Shown in pieces: positions 57,896 to 64,000 of a DNA stretch of 64,000 nucleotides. The number at the start of each line of letters is the position of its first letter. Position 1 is the first letter of the stretch. The stretch is from an uncultured Chloroflexia bacterium (GTDB taxonomy: Bacteria > Chloroflexota > Limnocylindria > Limnocylindrales > CSP1-4), in NCBI GenBank assembly GCA_963707215.1, contig CAVPPB010000003.1, forward strand, positions 928,001 through 992,000, given 5' to 3'. Under the pieces are notes generated by a model. It had not been told where the DNA came from. It saw only the letters and a list, made by a program, of their open reading frames with translations, and did no database searches. Made by a program: the position numbers and the translations under genes.

Positions 57896-59905
57896 ATGGA
57901 GACGACCTCGCATGATATCGGGTCGCCGCTGATGCATGGATCCCGCCGGACGTTGGCACTCGCCTCGGGACTCGGGGGACTCATAGCGGTCTGGCTCTCG
58001 TCGGCGACCACACCGGCGCTGGTGGGCCCCGATGCTTCTATGTACGCGTCGATCGCGGTCTCGGTCACCAATGGCTACGGACTGACCTTCCCGGACGGGA
58101 CACTAGTTACGGAGCGACCGCCACTGATGGCGCTCGTAACGGCGGTTCTGGCTGGGCCACTCGGCGACCCGGTCTTGGCCGAGACACTGCTCTCGAAGGT
58201 CGGCTTCGTGGCCTTGGCCATCGCCTGCGCTTGGCTTGCGACAAGGGCCGCTGGGGTACTCGGTGGCCTCGCGGTCTCGGTGCTGTTCTTGGCGTCGCCG
58301 ATGTTCGTTCGCTGGTCCGGCGCCACCCTGGTCGACGGAGTCGCGGGCGCCCTCGCAATGGCGGCGATCGCCGTCGTCACAGACACGGGAACGAGCCGAC
58401 GCCGCTGGGCCGTCTTCGGGGTGCTGCTCGGCCTCTCGTTCCTGACCAAGGAGACCGCGATCCTGCTTCTGATCGTGCCTGGCTTGATCGCGGTGATCCG
58501 CCCCGGGTCGATCCGGGCACGGCTCGACCTCGTGCTCGCAGCGCTTGCGGGCTTCGCTCTGGCGGTAACGCCATGGTTCACCTGGGTCGCGGTCCAGACC
58601 GGCCAGGCGTATCTGCTTCAGGTCCCCGGCGTCCCGGCGGCTGCAGGGGCCATCGTGGCCGTGGCCATCGCAGGTCTCGTGCGGCACGTCTACGGCGACC
58701 GGGAGGTCGGGACCTCGCCCTGGGTGGCGGGTGGGCTCGTAGCCCTGATCTGCGGAGCCTGGGTCGTGCTCGGTTGGTTCGCCGCCGAGCGTGCGATCGA
58801 CACTGGCGTCGATACTGACCTCCCCCGCGCGATCTATCGGTACGGTCGTCTGACCCTCGCCCCAGACCTGCCCCTGCTCGTCCTCGGATCGGCGGCCGCC
58901 GTCCTCGGATCGTTCATGGCCTTCCGTCGTCCGGGGCTCCGGCCGGTCGTGCTCGCCGCCCTGGCCGGGGCCCCGCTGATCGCGTCCGTCGCATCCCGGG
59001 GCTGGGAGGCCCGGAGCCTGGTTCTGGTGCTCGCTTTGGGGGCCGTGCTCGCCGGTGTCGGCGTCGCCGCATCTCTGGACTGGCTGCGTGCGCGCCGACC
59101 CGTCCTCGGCGCGGTGCTGGTCACTGGTGGTATCGCTTTGGCCACCGGCGCCGCCCTCGGCCCTACGATGGCGGCCGTCGCGGGTCACCACGAGCGTGTC
59201 GACCGCGGCACATGGGACCGCCCCGAGATCGGGGAGCTGGCCGCGTGGCTCGACCATCGGCTGCCCGACCGTGGCCACGTCATGATGTCGTGGCAGTACG
59301 CGGCCATGGCATACGTCCGCGGCCACGGGGCATTCGTCGTTCGTCAGGTGCCGCTAGGCCGTGCCAACTGGACCGGGGACCCGGCTCGTCCGTTGATCCG
59401 GACTGCAACCTTCGGCGGCTGGGAGGACGAACGCGTGCCCGAGGCGGTGGTCGGACCTCTGATCTACGTCTCCGATGCCCGACCGACCGACCTTCCGGTC
59501 GTGCTGGAGCGGAGCGCCCTGGCGACGCGCATCGTCGAACTGGAGAGCCAGATCGTGATCGTCGTCGACGGGGGGCCCGTCGAGCGCAGCGGGGGCAACT
59601 ATCCGGCCATCGGCCGGGCCCTCGGCGCGGGCGCTCCGGAGCTGAGCCTCGCGACCGGGAACGCGACGATCGAGGCGTATGCGGTGCCAGCGGACGCCAG
59701 GTACGCCTCGACGGAAGTCTCGCTTGATCCGCGGGCCGCGACCCGACTCATGGCCGGTGACGCGGGCGCCGACATCGCGGCCCTGGACGCGATCGGGGCC
59801 GTCAGCGTCCGGATCTGGCCAGGACAAGGACTCGACGCGACGGTCCTCGCAGACCTGCAGGCGACGGGTCGGCCGGTCGTGGTCGACAACACTCAGCTGC
59901 GCTGA
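57896..59905 (+). CDS. GT-C fold (ArnT/PMT-like) membrane glycosyltransferase
   Basis: GPDASMY..IA...G.G, ERPPL, GLSFLTKE; many TM segments. The start may be 57932. Confidence 0.7.
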   Translation: METTSHDIGSPLMHGSRRTLALASGLGGLIAVWLSSATTPALVGPDASMYASIAVSVTNGYGLTFPDGTLVTERPPLMALVTAVLAGPLGDPVLAETLLSKVGFVALAIACAWLATRAAGVLGGLAVSVLFLASPMFVRWSGATLVDGVAGALAMAAIAVVTDTGTSRRRWAVFGVLLGLSFLTKETAILLLIVPGLIAVIRPGSIRARLDLVLAALAGFALAVTPWFTWVAVQTGQAYLLQVPGVPAAAGAIVAVAIAGLVRHVYGDREVGTSPWVAGGLVALICGAWVVLGWFAAERAIDTGVDTDLPRAIYRYGRLTLAPDLPLLVLGSAAAVLGSFMAFRRPGLRPVVLAALAGAPLIASVASRGWEARSLVLVLALGAVLAGVGVAASLDWLRARRPVLGAVLVTGGIALATGAALGPTMAAVAGHHERVDRGTWDRPEIGELAAWLDHRLPDRGHVMMSWQYAAMAYVRGHGAFVVRQVPLGRANWTGDPARPLIRTATFGGWEDERVPEAVVGPLIYVSDARPTDLPVVLERSALATRIVELESQIVIVVDGGPVERSGGNYPAIGRALGAGAPELSLATGNATIEAYAVPADARYASTEVSLDPRAATRLMAGDAGADIAALDAIGAVSVRIWPGQGLDATVLADLQATGRPVVVDNTQLR

Positions 59906-60954
59906 TGCTGCCAGGCATCGAGATCGGCGTCGGCCGAGCGCAGCGCGGCTAGGATCGCCAACCGGCCACCGACGCGCGAGCGCAGCGTCCGGGCCCTGGC
60001 CGCGCGATGACGAGGGAGTGAGACACAGACCCACGCCATCGCCACGAACGACAAGACCACCATCCCGGGGCGAACGAGCAGCGAGACGAGGCCGGTCGTC
60101 GGAATGTGATCAGCCTTGCCGCCGGACCGGAACAGCAGATCCGGGAGCGCCCGCAAGTACTCGGACGCGTGCATCGACCGCAGGCACGCCAGATGGCGGT
60201 TCCGAAGGATCCGGACGGTCTTGGCTACGGCCCGTCTGTCTAGCCACGCCTCGGGCGTCAGGTCGTGCAGGAAGACGGCATCCTGGGCTATCACGACACC
60301 CCTCCCCGCGGCGCGTAACCGCAGGGCGAGGTCGGTGTCCTCGCAGTAGGCCCAGAAGTCCTGATCGAACAGGCCGCCGATGGCAGGTAGGACATCGCGG
60401 TCGATCATGAACGCGGCGCCCGAGACGAACAGCGTCGGGACGATCCGCGGGCCTGGCGCCACCGCGTAGCCGACGAATGCGGCCCGGGTGAGCTCCGCGA
60501 TGTGCACGTCGGGGTGCTCGGCGGCCCGGTCGAACCCCTCGGCGCAGGCCTGCCAGGGCAGGACCATGTTGCCGTGGATGGCCGCCGCCCCGGTGGACTC
60601 GGCGGCCTCGACCATCGCCCGGATGAACCCACGTGACACGACGGTGTCCTGGTTCAGGAACAGGACCCACCTCGCGGTCGCGTGGTCCAGTGCAGCGACG
60701 TTCCCTGCAGCGTAGCCCAGGTTCACCGGGGACCTGACGAGCCGTACCGAAGGATGCCGACGCTCCACCCGCTCGGGCGTCCCGTCGATGGAAGCGTTGT
60801 CGAAGAAGATGATCTCGTACGTTGGGGTGCCGTCGCGCTGGTCACCGAGCGCCCCGAGGCAGTCGTCGACATACGCCAGCCCGTTGAACCCCAGGACCAC
60901 GACAGAGACCTCCGGTGACCCGACAGCGCCGGATCCGTCGGAACGAGTGACCAC
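59893..60954 (-). CDS. Glycosyltransferase family 2
   Basis: FDNASIDG, NLGYAAGN, LFLNQDT, GLFDQDFWAYCEDTDL. Confidence 0.92.
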   Translation of the reverse strand: MVTRSDGSGAVGSPEVSVVVLGFNGLAYVDDCLGALGDQRDGTPTYEIIFFDNASIDGTPERVERRHPSVRLVRSPVNLGYAAGNVAALDHATARWVLFLNQDTVVSRGFIRAMVEAAESTGAAAIHGNMVLPWQACAEGFDRAAEHPDVHIAELTRAAFVGYAVAPGPRIVPTLFVSGAAFMIDRDVLPAIGGLFDQDFWAYCEDTDLALRLRAAGRGVVIAQDAVFLHDLTPEAWLDRRAVAKTVRILRNRHLACLRSMHASEYLRALPDLLFRSGGKADHIPTTGLVSLLVRPGMVVLSFVAMAWVCVSLPRHRAARARTLRSRVGGRLAILAALRSADADLDAWQHQRS

Positions 60955-61049
60955 AGGCCCTCCAGCGGGATACGGCCACAGACCCGGACGGGCCCGTGTG
61001 TGCGCTAGGGTATGCCAGCGACGATGGCCCCTGACCGGGACCCCGAGCG

Positions 61050-62093
61050 ATGTTCGAGGCGGATGTGCGCTTCCGATACCTGACCCGCTGGTACGTATAC
61101 GGTCCGGTCTCGCTGCTCCTGCTCGCCTTCGTCGTCATCCGCGCGCGCCCAGCAGAGATGCTGGACCAGCTGGCCGCGGCTGATCTTCGGCTGATCGCCG
61201 CCGCGATCGCCCTCAACGTCGTCGTGATCGGGCTCTGGGTGATCCGCTCGAACCAGCTCCTCGATGCCCATGGGCGCCGGCTCGGCAGCTGGCCGATGGC
61301 GCTGCTCGTGACGTTCGCCAACACGGCCAGCACGATCACTCCGGCAAGCGCCGGCGAGGCGGTCAGGGTCGTCCTGCTCGAGCGGCGCCATGGGATCCCA
61401 CTCGCGACCGGGACGGCAGTCATCCTGGTCGAGCGCTTCCTGGCCCTCTACCTGATGATCCTCACCACGATCGTGGCCTGGGCGTGGCTGCTCCTGGACC
61501 CAGGGCCCGTGCTCGGGACATCCATCGCCGCCGCCGCGATCGTCCTGGCCTTCGCGCCGACCGGCGCCTACCGACTCGGTCTGCGTCCTCTGGGCCGGAT
61601 AGGGGATGCCGTCCAAGCCCGTCGTGGACCCGGTCGCATCCGCCATGTCGGACATCAACTGACCATCCTCGACGCAAGGATCGCCGAATCCTTGGTCGGC
61701 CTGCGCCAGATCGTCATCTTCACGATCGCAACGCTCGGTGTGTTCCTCGTCTACGCGATGCAGATGGCCCTGGTGGCCGCGGCGATCTCGGAACCGATCG
61801 ATCTCGTCACGGCCTGGGCCGTCCAGGGAGTGGCCGTCATCGTCGGGGTCCTCTCGGCCATCCCGTTCGGCCTGGGTCCGTCCGATGCCGCCGTAGCGAT
61901 CCTGCTGCCCGCGGCCGGGATGAGCGCCGCCACCGCAGCCGTCATCGCACTGCTCTTCAGAACGGTCAGCACTCTGCCGATCACCATCCTCGGTGTCGCC
62001 GCGTATGCCATCCTCTCGCGGTCCACGCCCCTCTCGCCTGCACCGGCACCGGGCATGGATCCGCCGGAAGGCACCGGCCTCCCTCCCGGGTGA
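61050..62093 (+). CDS. Lysylphosphatidylglycerol synthase TM-domain (flippase-like) protein
   Basis: ITPASAGEAVR, LVERFL, IPFGLGPSD, ALLFR. Confidence 0.85.
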   Translation: MFEADVRFRYLTRWYVYGPVSLLLLAFVVIRARPAEMLDQLAAADLRLIAAAIALNVVVIGLWVIRSNQLLDAHGRRLGSWPMALLVTFANTASTITPASAGEAVRVVLLERRHGIPLATGTAVILVERFLALYLMILTTIVAWAWLLLDPGPVLGTSIAAAAIVLAFAPTGAYRLGLRPLGRIGDAVQARRGPGRIRHVGHQLTILDARIAESLVGLRQIVIFTIATLGVFLVYAMQMALVAAAISEPIDLVTAWAVQGVAVIVGVLSAIPFGLGPSDAAVAILLPAAGMSAATAAVIALLFRTVSTLPITILGVAAYAILSRSTPLSPAPAPGMDPPEGTGLPPG

Positions 62094-63406
62094 ACGGACC
62101 GTTCTTGGCCAGTGCGGTCGCGGTGCTCGTCGGGATCGGCTTCCTGCTCGCCTGGCGGGCCGGCGGCGCCCCCGGACGCCCGCTGGCCCCGGCGACGCCG
62201 GTCCGGATCGTGGCGCTCGGATACCTCGTCATGTACGGCGTCGGGTCGATCTGGCTCGCCGTGACGGGAGAGGCGACCGGCGGACCGGCGCTCGTGGCTG
62301 GTGGGATGCTCGCGATCGGCGTCGGAGCGACGCTTGTGACCTGGCGGCTCGGTCGGCCCGAGGTGATGCCGACCGACTCGATCGTCGGGACGCTACGAGC
62401 CTGGGTGGCCGTCGGTCTTGCGGTGGTCGGGCTGGTCGCGTTCGCCTGGATCGCGGCCGGGAACGGGATCCCGCTCCTGTCCGAGGACCCGCAAGGGACA
62501 CGGACGGCCTGGGGCGGCTACGCCTTCGACATGTTCCGTTGGCTCGTCCCGCCGGTGGCGCTCGTGACCCTGGCCGTCGCCCTGGCCGCTGGGCGTCGGG
62601 ACGCATGGGCCCTTGCCCTCGCTGGGCTCGCCGCCGTTGCCGGCCTCGAGATCCTGGTCGCATCGCGGGCCCTGCCCTTCGAGTTGGGCCTCGCGGCGCT
62701 CCTGCTCGCCTGGTGGGCAGGACGGCGCCTCCGCGCAGGAGCGTGGGTGCTCGTCCTGGGCGCCGCCGCGATGATCTTCCTGGGGGTGCTTTTCGCCCGC
62801 TTGAGTCCCGGTGGAAGCTTCAGTAGCCCGCTCGACGCCCTCGTCTTCGCCGTGAATCGGACGGTCAACCGGGTCCTACTCATCCATCCGCGGACGATCG
62901 ACCTGACCGTCGAGCTGTTCCCGGACGAGGAGCCGTACCTTGGCGGCAGCACCTACACGCGCTGGCTTGCCAGGGCGACCGGCGGGGAGCCGGAGCCTCC
63001 GCTCGGCGCGTGGTTGTTCGAGCAGCTGTTCCCCGGGGAGCCACCAGGGGGATTTGCCGCCCCCGGCGTGCTGGCCGAGGGCTACGCGAACGGCGGGCCG
63101 CTCCTCGCTCTCGCCCTGATGCTGGCCCTCGGTGGCGGTTCCGCGTGGCTGGGACGGCGCCAGCCGGACTGGCCACCAGGCGCTGCGACCAGGGTGCTGG
63201 GCGCGCTGCTGATCGTCGCTCTGATGCGAACGTACGCAACCAGCCTCAACGGCTTCGTACTGACCGCGGCGGCGGCGGTCGCCTGGTGGGTCGCGGTCGG
63301 AGCCCCGCTCGGACGGCTCCGGAGAGCCCTCGCCCGCAGATCGGAGCCGGCTCGCCGCGAGGCGAGTCAGGCGCTGGACGACCAGGCCCCCCCGGGACCC
63401 GTCTAG
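62090..63406 (+). CDS. Wzy-like polysaccharide polymerase (putative)
   Basis: About 11 TM segments, a large external loop (PYLGGSTY...GGFAAPGVLAEGYANGG) and glycan-locus context. GTGA overlap. Confidence 0.6.
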   Translation: MNGPFLASAVAVLVGIGFLLAWRAGGAPGRPLAPATPVRIVALGYLVMYGVGSIWLAVTGEATGGPALVAGGMLAIGVGATLVTWRLGRPEVMPTDSIVGTLRAWVAVGLAVVGLVAFAWIAAGNGIPLLSEDPQGTRTAWGGYAFDMFRWLVPPVALVTLAVALAAGRRDAWALALAGLAAVAGLEILVASRALPFELGLAALLLAWWAGRRLRAGAWVLVLGAAAMIFLGVLFARLSPGGSFSSPLDALVFAVNRTVNRVLLIHPRTIDLTVELFPDEEPYLGGSTYTRWLARATGGEPEPPLGAWLFEQLFPGEPPGGFAAPGVLAEGYANGGPLLALALMLALGGGSAWLGRRQPDWPPGAATRVLGALLIVALMRTYATSLNGFVLTAAAAVAWWVAVGAPLGRLRRALARRSEPARREASQALDDQAPPGPV

Positions 63407-64000
63407 CCGTTGGGGCTCGCCGCAGACACGCCACTTGGCGACGGACTCGGGACTGGGGCGAGCGACGGGACCGGGGCCATCCAGTCATCGATGGCTCCCC
63501 GGACGACGGGCAGCTTGAGCTCGATGCTCGCCGTCCCGGGGATCCCGGCCGCCCACTTCGTGGGTCCGAAGACCGTGCGCTGGTCGGTCGTCAGGTCCGC
63601 CCTGGACGCGATCTCGTAGATGCCGATCAGCTTGTCGAGCGGTAGATCGGTGCGGACCCACTGGGAGCCGATTCGCAGGAGATCCGGAACGACGGCGACA
63701 CCCTTCGACTCCACCTTGGCGACGGCCGAGGCCACGAGGAGCTGCTGGCGACGTGCGCGTTCGTAGTCGTTGTCACCCTTGCGGGTCCGGGCGAAGATGA
63801 GCGCCCGTTCGCCGTCGAGGTGGTTCTTGCCGGCCGGGAAGTACACGCCCTGCTGCTTGCTGGTGACCCAGTAGTACGGGTCGTTCACCGCCTTGGCGAG
63901 CGTGACGTCCACGCCACCGACGGCATCGACGAGCTGACGGACGCCTTCGAAGCCGACGACCGCGTACCAGTCGACCTCCACGCCGAGGGCCGAGCCCACG
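63403..64000 (-). CDS. LCP (LytR-CpsA-Psr) glycopolymer transferase, partial
   Basis: VGFEGVRQLVDAVGGVDV, LDGERALIFARTRK..NDYERARRQQ, VRTDL. 5' end outside window. Confidence 0.93.
   Translation of the reverse strand, partial: VGSALGVEVDWYAVVGFEGVRQLVDAVGGVDVTLAKAVNDPYYWVTSKQQGVYFPAGKNHLDGERALIFARTRKGDNDYERARRQQLLVASAVAKVESKGVAVVPDLLRIGSQWVRTDLPLDKLIGIYEIASRADLTTDQRTVFGPTKWAAGIPGTASIELKLPVVRGAIDDWMAPVPSLAPVPSPSPSGVSAASPNG

Overview
High-GC bacterial chromosomal segment, densely coding, with about 50 genes. Gene content suggests a Chloroflexota-like monoderm; this is an inference. No rRNA, tRNA, CRISPR array, transposase or prophage gene was recognised. In order: the end of a CocE/NonD hydrolase and a LysE transporter; a cyclic-nucleotide locus (FOXRED2-like flavoprotein, two stand-alone cNMP-binding proteins, class III cyclase-STAND ATPase-TPR); MFS, thyX, a bicupin and purine nucleoside phosphorylase; a ~460 bp intergenic region with a candidate structured RNA and DnaA-box-like motifs; moaA; a coiled-coil protein plus a CpaE/MinD-like ATPase; acs; amidohydrolase, MscS, IclR and a class III aminotransferase; a C50-type carotenoid operon with a prenyltransferase::glycosyltransferase fusion; PhoX-like and DUF885 genes; a large degenerate DNA-methyltransferase-like protein; MoxR-DUF58-DUF4129; a TPR/HIRAN-like protein and PolX; two diguanylate cyclases (one frameshifted); and an ~18 kb surface-glycan locus that starts with UDP-sulfoquinovose synthase and includes Wzx, Wzy-like, GT2/GT4/GT-C enzymes, a CWB2 protein with identical 306 bp repeats and an LCP ligase. 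All calls come from reading motifs by eye; no searches were run.
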